A DNA stretch of 42,409 nt, from the UHGV virus genome UHGV-0357081. One strand, 5' to 3'. This stretch comes from a virus. Shown here in pieces: positions 1 through 7,968 of this stretch (its first letter is position 1; the number at the start of each line of letters is the position of its first letter). The notes under the pieces are model-generated. The model did not search any database. It worked only from the letters and a program-made list of their open reading frames with translations, and was not told the origin of the DNA. The position numbers and the translations under genes were made by a program.

Positions 1-168
1 CACCATGTAGATACTATCGGCATGGGTAATGACCGGAGGAAAGTTGATGATTCGGATTATCGCAAAATATGTCTATGCCGGAAGCACCATACAGAAGCGC
101 ATAACATAGGGATGATAGATTTTGAGAGCAAATATAAAGTATATGGAATCAAATTTGAGGAGAATTAG
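1..168 (+). CDS. C-terminal part of HNH-motif protein (continues from 41948..42409 if the genome is circular)
   Basis: Frame 1 is open from base 1 to TAG at 166-168. It translates to HHVDTIGMGNDRRKVDDSDYRKICLCRKHHTEAHNIG..., matching the HH...N...C..C.HH...H part of an HNH fold. Confidence 0.5.
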   Translation, partial: HHVDTIGMGNDRRKVDDSDYRKICLCRKHHTEAHNIGMIDFESKYKVYGIKFEEN

Positions 169-654
169 ATGGAAAAGTATTACATAGTAACGACTGACAG
201 TCCAATTTATAAAGAGTACATAGATTATAAGGCCATGTCAGAAAAGGTAAATACTGCGTTTACGGAGTTCGCAAAAGAGCAAGGTTTTGAAACTCATGAA
301 TATTATCAATCAGCAGAGAGGTTGTACATTTGTCCAACGGGTGGCGATATTGATAAGTTTGGAAAGTATTTTAAGAAGGATACACCGGGCTTGTTTAAGA
401 AAAATTCTTTACCTGCAAAAGCATGGGTTAATAAATGCAAGGCGCTAGGGTTGAAATCACCGCACAAACCTATTTTATCATTTGAATTTAGGGTATTTGG
501 TCGGACAAGCAGCAGAATGTTTATGATAAACAATGTATTGTATGCAAGTTTTAAAGCAGATTGTGATTTTGACAACCTAGCAGGATTTAAAGAGTTAACG
601 GCAAGCGAATTTTTTAAGGTTATCGAGGAATACGAAGAATCTTTGAAAAAGTAA
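169..654 (+). CDS. hypothetical phage early protein
   Basis: 161-aa ORF; ATG immediately follows the upstream stop and GAGGAG lies upstream. No recognisable motif. Confidence 0.5.
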   Translation: MEKYYIVTTDSPIYKEYIDYKAMSEKVNTAFTEFAKEQGFETHEYYQSAERLYICPTGGDIDKFGKYFKKDTPGLFKKNSLPAKAWVNKCKALGLKSPHKPILSFEFRVFGRTSSRMFMINNVLYASFKADCDFDNLAGFKELTASEFFKVIEEYEESLKK

Positions 655-748
655 ACTGAAATCAGTATCAATGCCAATAGGCTGATACATACAACAGAAA
701 TTAGTACTGGTCAGATTGCTAATATGTCACGATATACTTTCTGACCCT

Positions 749-792
749 GGGCCGGGACCTATCAAACCTCCTTTACCCGGCCCGAAAGGAGG
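749..792 (+). promoter_or_regulatory. alternative hairpins able to sequester the RBS of the 799 gene
   Basis: GGGCCGGG (749-756) pairs with CCCGGCCC (776-783). The enclosed CCTCCTTT (767-774) is the exact complement of the RBS AAAGGAGG (785-792), so the two pairings are mutually exclusive. Confidence 0.35.
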
Positions 793-798
793 GATTAT

Positions 799-1173
799 TT
801 GAAGAATAAAAGAACTGTTAGCGAAGAAGTTCAGGCAAGGGTATATAATGCGCTTCTTGTAGGAAAAGAGAATGCATTGAACCGAGATGAACTGGTATCC
901 AAGATAGGTGAATCGGATAGAGATATACGAACCGCCATTGAGATATTAAGGCACGATAAAGTGATTCTTACATTGCCAACAGGGAAAGGTTACTATATAC
1001 CCCGTGACGATGCACAGGGACGACAAGAAACAGAGAAATGGCTTGTCAGCCAGAATAATAGGACTAAGAGCATAAAGGCAGCAGAACGTGGAGCACAGCT
1101 GTTTATAAGCCGGAATAAGAAAAAAGATAAAGGTATTCCTGGTCAGATTAGTATGTTTGGAGCCGGGTTATGA
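799..1173 (+). CDS. hypothetical protein (TTG start)
   Basis: 124-aa ORF with strong RBS AAAGGAGGG 5 nt upstream of TTG. Its end overlaps the next gene by 4 nt. Confidence 0.45.
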   Translation: MKNKRTVSEEVQARVYNALLVGKENALNRDELVSKIGESDRDIRTAIEILRHDKVILTLPTGKGYYIPRDDAQGRQETEKWLVSQNNRTKSIKAAERGAQLFISRNKKKDKGIPGQISMFGAGL

Positions 1174-1829
1174 GAGATAGTGTTGTATTTTATCGCAGCT
1201 TCTGGGCAGCCATTAAGCAGCTGCCGGAAAAAGAAAGATTGGAATCTCTTACAGCAATCTTAGAATATGGACTTGATGAAATAGAGCCTAAATCAGCAGG
1301 TGTTGCATCAGCAATGTTTTTAATGGCAAAACCACAAATTGATGCGAATAATCGTAGATACCAAAACGGAACCAAGGGTGGTAGGCCAGTAACCAAAACA
1401 GAACCAAACAATAACCTAGAATCCAATTATAATAAACCAAGTGATAACCAAACCATAACCAAAGCAAAACCTAAGGAAAAGGATAATGTAAAGGAAAAGG
1501 ATAATGTAAATGATAATAATAAAAAAACATTTACTCCACCTTCGGTGTCGGATGTGTTTGATTATTGCAATTTGAATGGATATGGTATTGACCCAGAGAG
1601 TTTCGTTGATTTTTATGCATCTAAGGGATGGATGGTTGGGAAAAACAAAATGAAGGACTGGAAAGCCTCGGTAAGAACATGGGCTAGAAGCCAGCGGCAG
1701 GAATTGACCGCCAAAGGCAGTAAAAACCAGTTTCACAATTTTGACCAACGAGACACCGATTATGATGCATTGATGCTAAAACAGGTACAGGACTGGGTAG
1801 GGGAGAAACAGGATGAAGGAAATACATAA
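1170..1829 (+). CDS. phage replication protein (DnaD-like / replisome-organizer family, conserved phage C-terminal domain)
   Basis: N-terminal FYRSFWAAIKQLPEKERL motif and C-terminal FDYCNLNGYGIDPESFVDFYASKGWMVGKNKMKDWKASVRTW, both typical of Firmicutes phage replication-initiation proteins. Contains an 18-bp perfect tandem duplication at 1473-1508 (KEKDNV twice). Confidence 0.5.
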   Translation: MRDSVVFYRSFWAAIKQLPEKERLESLTAILEYGLDEIEPKSAGVASAMFLMAKPQIDANNRRYQNGTKGGRPVTKTEPNNNLESNYNKPSDNQTITKAKPKEKDNVKEKDNVNDNNKKTFTPPSVSDVFDYCNLNGYGIDPESFVDFYASKGWMVGKNKMKDWKASVRTWARSQRQELTAKGSKNQFHNFDQRDTDYDALMLKQVQDWVGEKQDEGNT

Positions 1830-2073
1830 AAAAATACTGATGTTTGCAAAGCGATATATGCTGGAGCATGATTATCCACCCACAACCAGAGAAATAGGAG
1901 AGGGGGTTGGATATACGTCAAGCTCTACGATTTGGGGATATTTACGTGATATGAGGGATATTGGTTTGATTAATTACACAGAAGAATGCCCTAGAACTAT
2001 AACAATTCCAGGGATGCATTATACGGATACGCAAGATAACATCACAGAAAGGGGAAAGCAAAATGCCGGATAA
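1813..2073 (+). CDS. LexA-like winged-helix DNA-binding protein (no peptidase domain)
   Basis: HDYPPTTREIGEGVGYTSSSTIWGYLRDMRDIGLI resembles the LexA N-terminal DNA-binding domain. At 86 aa it lacks the S24 peptidase part. Confidence 0.5.
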   Translation: MKEIHKKILMFAKRYMLEHDYPPTTREIGEGVGYTSSSTIWGYLRDMRDIGLINYTEECPRTITIPGMHYTDTQDNITERGKQNAG

Positions 2074-2278
2074 CAAAATAAAGAGCCAATATTTGGAAAA
2101 TTCAGAGCGTCAGAGAATGGCGGCTATCAAGGATATGGAGCGCAATCCATCCCCTATGACAAAAGCATTTTTAAGACCAGCTTATGATGGGACGGAGGCG
2201 TGTCCAATTTACTGTAGACGGCCTAGTAAGGCAAACACGTATTTAGCGGAGGGAAAAGCATGGGACATAATTGGTTGA
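2063..2278 (+). CDS. hypothetical protein
   Basis: 71-aa ORF in the same-strand operon; start overlaps the upstream stop. Confidence 0.35.
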   Translation: MPDNKIKSQYLENSERQRMAAIKDMERNPSPMTKAFLRPAYDGTEACPIYCRRPSKANTYLAEGKAWDIIG

Positions 2279-2460
2279 GCAAAGGTGATCCGGTATATTA
2301 TAAGTGCGCCATTATGGGATTACTGGAAGAGGCGCGAGAGAATGGTTTAGACATATCGCTTGGAAAAGACGGCACGAAAACCAAGTTGTATTTTAAAAGC
2401 AGAAACCCAGAAGAATGTGCCGAAGCAGTGATATTTAGCACGGATTTTGAAAAGGAGTAA
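2260..2460 (+). CDS. hypothetical protein
   Basis: 66-aa ORF with overlapping start/stop coupling to the upstream gene. Confidence 0.35.
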   Translation: MGHNWLSKGDPVYYKCAIMGLLEEARENGLDISLGKDGTKTKLYFKSRNPEECAEAVIFSTDFEKE

Positions 2461-2463
2461 ACC

Positions 2464-3261
2464 ATGAAATGTGTACTGAAATATCCAGGAGCAAAGAACC
2501 GCATTGCTGACTGGATATGCGGATATATACCACCGCATGAAGTGTACCTGGAGCCATACTTTGGAAGCGGGGCCGTGTTTTTTAACAAAACTCCGGCCAG
2601 AATCGAAACAGTGAATGACCTGGATGGGAATGTAGTCAACTATTTTAGAGTTATCCGGGAGAGGCCACAGGAGTTGATGACCCAGCTGGAGATGACGCCC
2701 TATAGTAGGGATGAATATTATGGTTCCCGTGAAAATTTAGATAAGGATACGGATATAGAAAAGGCAAGAAAGTTTGCGGTAAGGTGTTGGATGGGGTATG
2801 GGGCCAGTAACTCCTATTTCAGCGGATTCAGGAGTAGCCAACAAACCAGAAGCCCTTATACCACAAAAGAATGGAGAAATTTGCCGGAGAGATTATTGGC
2901 AGCTGGGGAACGTTTAAAGAATGCGCAGATTGAGAATCTGCCAGCAATAGAACTGATTAGACGGTATGATACGCCGGATGTATTTATGTATGTTGACCCT
3001 CCTTACTTACATGGGACACGGAAAAATTATCTTTACCGGTATGAGATGGAAGACGATGAACATATTGAACTGTTGAAACTGCTTGTGGAGCATCCGGGAA
3101 AGGTACTGCTATCTGGCTATGACAATGACCTGTATAACCAGATACTTATAGGATGGAGGAAGGTTAGCAAGAAGACACAGGCAGAGGCTGGGATACCCAG
3201 GGTTGAAACTTTGTGGATGAATTATGAGATAGGTCAGGTAGAGTTACCGTTGGGCCTGTAA
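2464..3261 (+). CDS. dam: DNA N6-adenine methyltransferase, Dam (D12 class) family
   Basis: N-terminal KYPGAKNRIADWI..YLEPYFGSGAVFF (AdoMet-binding motif) and catalytic DPPY motif (VDPPYLHG). Confidence 0.85.
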   Translation: MKCVLKYPGAKNRIADWICGYIPPHEVYLEPYFGSGAVFFNKTPARIETVNDLDGNVVNYFRVIRERPQELMTQLEMTPYSRDEYYGSRENLDKDTDIEKARKFAVRCWMGYGASNSYFSGFRSSQQTRSPYTTKEWRNLPERLLAAGERLKNAQIENLPAIELIRRYDTPDVFMYVDPPYLHGTRKNYLYRYEMEDDEHIELLKLLVEHPGKVLLSGYDNDLYNQILIGWRKVSKKTQAEAGIPRVETLWMNYEIGQVELPLGL

Positions 3262-3283
3262 ATCGTTATAAAGAAGGTGCGAA

Positions 3284-3499
3284 ATGAATCTTAGTCCCAC
3301 AATGATGCAGGTTACAGAACAAATGGAATTGCACGGTGAACTGATAAGATATCCTGGAGGATTTTGGTCTTGGCGAGACGTCGAAATCAAACGCGAGATT
3401 CCTGTATGGTATTGTGACGTGAAAACTCTTAGAGCACTGGGAAAAAGAGGTATTGTCAATCTTGATGAAACCAAGAAAATTTGTAAGCTAAATCGATAG
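3284..3499 (+). CDS. hypothetical protein
   Basis: 71-aa ORF with RBS AAGGTG upstream. Confidence 0.4.
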   Translation: MNLSPTMMQVTEQMELHGELIRYPGGFWSWRDVEIKREIPVWYCDVKTLRALGKRGIVNLDETKKICKLNR

Positions 3500-3731
3500 C
3501 TGGCACATCGGCTATACGGTGCAAGGACGAACGAGGGACCTTGTAAAAAAATCTCTGGAGCAAAAACCAGATAGACAATAAAAAAGAGGGTGAGCTGATA
3601 ACGCGCCGAGAAAGCAACGGGAGCGCCATGCCAAAGTTGGACGGCAGCCGGGGCCGTTGATTGGGCCAAAGCCAAAGCTGGAAGCCAGTACCGGCAATTA
3701 TTCAAAAATCGTTATTTGAAGGAGAAACAAG

Positions 3732-3890
3732 ATGAAATTAATTGAACTTATGTGTAGTTGTACAAACGAAAGCAGTGATTATATTATTGATTGCTGTTGC
3801 CCATCTGATTATGGGACAAATTACGAAAAGTACGAAAAATGCGAAGGAAAAACATGTAAAGAATGCTGGGAGCAGGAAGTAGAATATTAA
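3732..3890 (+). CDS. small Cys-rich protein (52 aa)
   Basis: GGAGAAACAAG-ATG RBS. CSC..DCCCP..C..C..C pattern suggests a metal-binding mini-protein. Below the ORF-track length cutoff. Confidence 0.3.
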   Translation: MKLIELMCSCTNESSDYIIDCCCPSDYGTNYEKYEKCEGKTCKECWEQEVEY

Positions 3891-3968
3891 GATTTAGGCA
3901 TCTGGGGATACATAGCAGACTGCAACCGGTAGGCCTGCTCCCCCAGTGTAAGCCCTATAGAATATAGG

Positions 3969-4223
3969 ATGTGTAAAGTGAAGAAAGGCGTATTGATTAT
4001 AGACCTTCCTGAGAATTGCAGAGATTGTCCATATTTTTCATACAACTGTAAACTGACCAACAAAAAATGCAATTGGTATAACGAAGATGGAAGACATGAG
4101 GATTGTCCATTAGTGTCCCTTCCGGAACCAATGGAGGTTTGCGGGAAATATACGCAGCCTGGGCCAGTACCGTCATATCGCATTGGTTGGAATGATTGTT
4201 TAAAGGCAATAACAAAAAATTAG
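3969..4223 (+). CDS. Cys-rich hypothetical protein
   Basis: 84-aa ORF with CRDCPYF..C..C...C pattern (zinc-ribbon-like). Confidence 0.4.
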   Translation: MCKVKKGVLIIDLPENCRDCPYFSYNCKLTNKKCNWYNEDGRHEDCPLVSLPEPMEVCGKYTQPGPVPSYRIGWNDCLKAITKN

Positions 4224-4254
4224 GATTTTCGGTATTACTGGAGAAAGGGATATT

Positions 4255-4599
4255 ATGAGACTGATTGATGCAGATAAGATTGATTTTAATGAAGTTTTTA
4301 AGGGGCAATCGGATTTTGCGAGAGATACACGGGAGGCAGCACAGTCGTTGATTGATGGACAGCCGGAGATTAGTAGATGGATTCCGGTGGAGGAGCGGCT
4401 GCCAGAACGTGAAGAATGGATAGGCATCAAAGGCAAGGAACATTATCTTCGCAGAATGGAAATTGCTGTAGACAGTGACACTATTGAATATTTTCTTGTT
4501 TTTTATGATGGATATAAATGGTTTGATAAATTTGGACGTACCTATGCGGGTATTAAAGCGTGGAAAATCCATGAGCCATTTATTCCACCTAAATGCTAA
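4255..4599 (+). CDS. DUF551-like phage protein
   Basis: W..PV.E.LP... then ...AWK...P..PP at the C-terminus, resembling the DUF551 phage domain. RBS GGAGAAAGGG upstream. Confidence 0.4.
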   Translation: MRLIDADKIDFNEVFKGQSDFARDTREAAQSLIDGQPEISRWIPVEERLPEREEWIGIKGKEHYLRRMEIAVDSDTIEYFLVFYDGYKWFDKFGRTYAGIKAWKIHEPFIPPKC

Positions 4600-4823
4600 T
4601 TTTTAATGGAGGTAATATGGTTCTGGAAGTATATGATAAAGAGACAAATAAAACAGTCGATGTGAAAAAAGACAGCTATTTTAAAGATTATGGTGTTGTG
4701 ATTGGACTGGATGGACATATGATGCTCACGCAGTATGGAGATATAGTTTGTAGTGTTGACGAGAGGTATTATGGAGTAAGGGTAGTAAGCCGCAATTTAG
4801 AATTTAACGGAGGTGTAAAGTAA
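4593..4823 (+). CDS. hypothetical protein
   Basis: 76-aa ORF with GGAGG RBS. Confidence 0.4.
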   Translation: MLIFNGGNMVLEVYDKETNKTVDVKKDSYFKDYGVVIGLDGHMMLTQYGDIVCSVDERYYGVRVVSRNLEFNGGVK

Positions 4824-5045
4824 ATGGTTACTGTATTTTGCCAGGGCAGGGATATCGGCGGAAATGTGACATTTTGGAAAGAAGGAAAATCTTATTTTTA
4901 TCAATCGGAAGGCATTGGAAATCCGACAAAATGCAGTAAGAAACTATATGATGATGCAGTTGTAGAATACAAGAAACAAAAACGGCAAATAAAGATTTTC
5001 CGACCCAAAAAAGTAAATAGAGGAACACATATATGCACAGAATAA
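4824..5045 (+). CDS. hypothetical protein
   Basis: 73-aa ORF; ATG directly after the upstream stop. Confidence 0.35.
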   Translation: MVTVFCQGRDIGGNVTFWKEGKSYFYQSEGIGNPTKCSKKLYDDAVVEYKKQKRQIKIFRPKKVNRGTHICTE

Positions 5046-5157
5046 AAACTGAGCGGTGGTCAACCGCCAAGATAAATCCACCGCTCCCGTAAATACGTCT
5101 GAGTATATTATATCTCACTCAGACGTGAAAATCAATACGAATGAGGAGGATATAATT

Positions 5158-6204
5158 ATGAGTACACAGACAATTAAAGCTGAAATAATCAACAATGTAC
5201 TGGTAGCAATGTCCTTATATATCATGGAGCAACAGACTCTTACCATTCTGCAAAATGTAATGCAGCAGGAATTGGTAAGAGTAAATATGGAGGAAATAAC
5301 TACTCTTCCGGCAGAAAGAAAAGATGATATAAGCCAGCGGAATCAGTACATAATACAATTGTTCCTGATTAAAAAACGCGATTTGGCAAAAGGAACTAAA
5401 CAAAACTATCTTAATGCCATACGAAGATTGCTGACAGAGATAAGCACAAAATCACTGGACCAGATGGATACCACTGATATTGATTGGTATTTATCGCGGT
5501 ATGAAATTAGAAATGTATCTGCCGGGGGAAAGAAAAACCAGCCTAGTACCTATAATAACGAGCGCAGATTTCTGTCAGCATTCTTCGCATGGATGCGCCT
5601 TGAAAAGCTTATTACAGATAATCCGGTAGAGTCTATACCAGCTAAAAAAGTACCCATTAAACCAATTGATTACTACAGCCCAGAAGAATCTGCAAGGTTA
5701 AGGGATGCGTGCAAAAATATCCGTGAGAGAGCCTTACTGGAAGTGCTTCGAAGTACTGGGGCCAGGATAGGAGAGATTGCGGAAATAACGCTTGACCAGA
5801 TAGATATGAGGAGTGGAGACATATGGATACAGGGAGAGAAAGGCGGAAGATACCGTACAATCTATCTGGATGATGATGCGCGGCATTATTATGGACTGTA
5901 TTTGGACAGCAGGAAAGATGATTGCCTGTATATGTTCCCACGCTCCAGAAAGCCGTATGGAAAAATGACCACTTGTGGATTCCGGGCAATATTGAAAACC
6001 ATAAAAAAGAGGGCCGGATTAACATGCCGGGTATATCCGCATAAGTCACGCAAGACGCTGGGAATGAATTTGAAAAACAGAGGGGTTGATATTGGGACCA
6101 TACAGGAGATTATGGGACATGCAGACCCGGGAGTGACGGCCCGGTATTATGCGCAGTCAAATCCCCGCACCCTTCGGTCGATAAGGGAAAGGGTTAATGT
6201 GTAA
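5158..6204 (+). CDS. tyrosine site-specific recombinase (XerC/XerD/phage-integrase family), second recombinase of the genome
   Basis: Start chosen at ATG 5158 after RBS GAGGAGGA. Catalytic-domain signatures are RSTGARIGEI (Arg), HKSRKT (His-x-x-Arg) and GHADPGVTARYYAQ (His and Tyr). Confidence 0.8.
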   Translation: MSTQTIKAEIINNVLVAMSLYIMEQQTLTILQNVMQQELVRVNMEEITTLPAERKDDISQRNQYIIQLFLIKKRDLAKGTKQNYLNAIRRLLTEISTKSLDQMDTTDIDWYLSRYEIRNVSAGGKKNQPSTYNNERRFLSAFFAWMRLEKLITDNPVESIPAKKVPIKPIDYYSPEESARLRDACKNIRERALLEVLRSTGARIGEIAEITLDQIDMRSGDIWIQGEKGGRYRTIYLDDDARHYYGLYLDSRKDDCLYMFPRSRKPYGKMTTCGFRAILKTIKKRAGLTCRVYPHKSRKTLGMNLKNRGVDIGTIQEIMGHADPGVTARYYAQSNPRTLRSIRERVNV

Positions 6205-6215
6205 GAAGGAGGGAC

Positions 6216-6518
6216 ATGAGGACTAGGGACAAGAACTATAGTGACTATGGCATTACCGATGATGAAGCCAAGCGCATAAAAGAATACTGCCAGACCGCCA
6301 GCGTAGAAGATAAGCTTACATTGTTCCAGTGCGCCATATCCTCCGCTCCTGGCCTGGAGGTGGAGATATACGAAAGCCTTGTAGGTAATATCGGATATGA
6401 CAAGCTGAGTAAGAGGAAGAACATACCAATTAAACGAGATGATTTTTATGGGTACCAAAGAAAAACGCTCGATGAATACAGGCGGTTAATGACATTGTTT
6501 GGGAGGTGGAAAGGATAG
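6216..6518 (+). CDS. hypothetical protein
   Basis: 100-aa ORF with RBS AAGGAGGG upstream. Confidence 0.4.
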   Translation: MRTRDKNYSDYGITDDEAKRIKEYCQTASVEDKLTLFQCAISSAPGLEVEIYESLVGNIGYDKLSKRKNIPIKRDDFYGYQRKTLDEYRRLMTLFGRWKG

Positions 6519-6904
6519 CCATGCCAATTGGAGAAAACATTAAGAAATATCGAAAAAGAAAAGGATTGACACAAAAGGAATTGGGTGCAGCTTTAGGATT
6601 AGCAGAAATTACAATTAGGCAATATGAAAATAATATGCGCAAGCCCAAATATGAAATACTTTTTTCTATTGCAGATGTGCTAAACGTATCTATTGCTGAC
6701 TTAATGAGTATTGATACCGGGAAACAGATAAAAGAAGCAAGAGTAAAAGCAAAATTAACGCAAGAAAAATTGGCGCAAAAAGCAGGAATTTCCGTCTTTA
6801 CCTTACAGAAATATGAATCAGGCGACCGAAATCCAAAGATAGAATCATTACAAAAAATAGCAAATGCTTTAGGTATACCAATTACTAGATTTAAAAATAT
6901 GTAA
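6506..6904 (+). CDS. tandem-HTH XRE-family transcriptional regulator
   Basis: Two consecutive Cro/C1-type HTH units (KKYRKRKGLTQKELGAALGL...IRQYE and EARVKAKLTQEKLAQKAGIS...LQKYESG). An alternative start lies at ATG 6521. Confidence 0.7.
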   Translation: MERIAMPIGENIKKYRKRKGLTQKELGAALGLAEITIRQYENNMRKPKYEILFSIADVLNVSIADLMSIDTGKQIKEARVKAKLTQEKLAQKAGISVFTLQKYESGDRNPKIESLQKIANALGIPITRFKNM

Positions 6905-6906
6905 AA

Positions 6907-7170
6907 ATGGAGGGACGGTTTGATTATCCTACTTATGGTAAAATTAGTATAGGACTATTATATCGCATGGGGAAAAACATGATTATTAATCTATTGAAGG
7001 AATGCTGTGAAAACTGCATTCACATTGACGCAAAAGCCGAAAACATAGTTACATCATATAGAAATATGCTGGAATCTAATGTGGTAAAATCTACGACTGC
7101 AACTATTTGGTGTGCACACATGGAAGTATGCAAAGAATACCGTGAGGCAGAAAGCAAAGATGAATCTTAG
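6907..7170 (+). CDS. hypothetical Cys-containing protein
   Basis: 87-aa ORF with CCENC..C...C pattern. Confidence 0.35.
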   Translation: MEGRFDYPTYGKISIGLLYRMGKNMIINLLKECCENCIHIDAKAENIVTSYRNMLESNVVKSTTATIWCAHMEVCKEYREAESKDES

Positions 7171-7177
7171 TTCAATC

Positions 7178-7423
7178 ATGAAAAAGCTCCAGCGTGCCAT
7201 ATTGCAGACCAGACTTATAATCAAGATATCCACCAATCAATTCTATAGCGAGGAACAGGGGCGCATGATAACGATATGGATATTAAGCACCCCTGTGCTA
7301 CAGCAGGATAAGCATGGAGGGTGGAAAATCAGGGATTATGAGATACTGCGGAGTGCATCGGGGATTGAGGTTGTAAAGTGCTTGCAGGAGATATGGGAGG
7401 CGGTGAAGGGATGGGAAAAATAA
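7178..7423 (+). CDS. hypothetical protein
   Basis: ORF 7112..7423 trimmed to the first ATG after the upstream stop. Weak RBS. Confidence 0.25.
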   Translation: MKKLQRAILQTRLIIKISTNQFYSEEQGRMITIWILSTPVLQQDKHGGWKIRDYEILRSASGIEVVKCLQEIWEAVKGWEK

Positions 7424-7569
7424 TAAAAACTAATTTTGATAAAATATGTTCCGATATAGAATCAGCTGCCGATATAATTATGAATATTGGAGAAAGTGCA
7501 TCTGTCGCATGGACAAAAGAACAATTAATTGAATGGCTTGAAAGCGATATAGAACAGGATGGCGATTAA
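7378..7569 (+). CDS. hypothetical acidic protein
   Basis: 63-aa ORF just upstream of terS. Confidence 0.3.
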   Translation: MLAGDMGGGEGMGKIIKTNFDKICSDIESAADIIMNIGESASVAWTKEQLIEWLESDIEQDGD

Positions 7570-7968
7570 GTGGAGCTTACACCGAAGCAGAAAGCGTTTG
7601 CAGATTATTACATAGAGTGCGGGAATGCGGCAGAAGCTGCGAGAAAGGCTGGTTACAGCTTACGGACAGCAGACGCAATAGGGCGTGAAAACTTACGGAA
7701 GCCTACGGTTTCTGCATATATCTCCGAGCGACAGAAACAGATTGATGATTGCCGCATAGCTGATGCCGCTGAAATACTGCAATACCTTACGTCTGTAATG
7801 CGCGGAGAAGTAAAAGACCAATTCGGACTTGATGCTCCGCTGGCAGAGAGAACTAAAGCGGCGGTGGAACTGGCAAAGCGTAAGATAGATACAGATAAAA
7901 GGCAGGAGGGCGGCGGGATTACTATTGTCAACAACATACCAAGACCAGACAACAATAAATCTGACTGA
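7570..7968 (+). CDS. terS: terminase small subunit
   Basis: LTPKQKAFADYYIECGNAAEAARKAGYS is the N-terminal HTH signature of the Terminase_2 small-subunit family. GTG start. Sits immediately upstream of terL. Confidence 0.7.
   Translation: MELTPKQKAFADYYIECGNAAEAARKAGYSLRTADAIGRENLRKPTVSAYISERQKQIDDCRIADAAEILQYLTSVMRGEVKDQFGLDAPLAERTKAAVELAKRKIDTDKRQEGGGITIVNNIPRPDNNKSD

Noticed and set aside
306-677. Minus-strand ORFs overlapping well-supported plus-strand genes. Examples are 306..677, 1190..1426, 3244..3705, 3997..4572, 23799..24218, 24240..24716, 38346..38690 and 40108..40467.
   Set aside because: They are fully antisense to genes with RBSs and recognisable domains, have no RBS of their own, and have low-complexity composition typical of shadow ORFs in AT-rich DNA.
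5056-5157. Upstream ATG 5056 as start of the second recombinase.
   Set aside because: The extension has no RBS and contains the two dyad elements. ATG 5158 follows a strong GAGGAGGA RBS.
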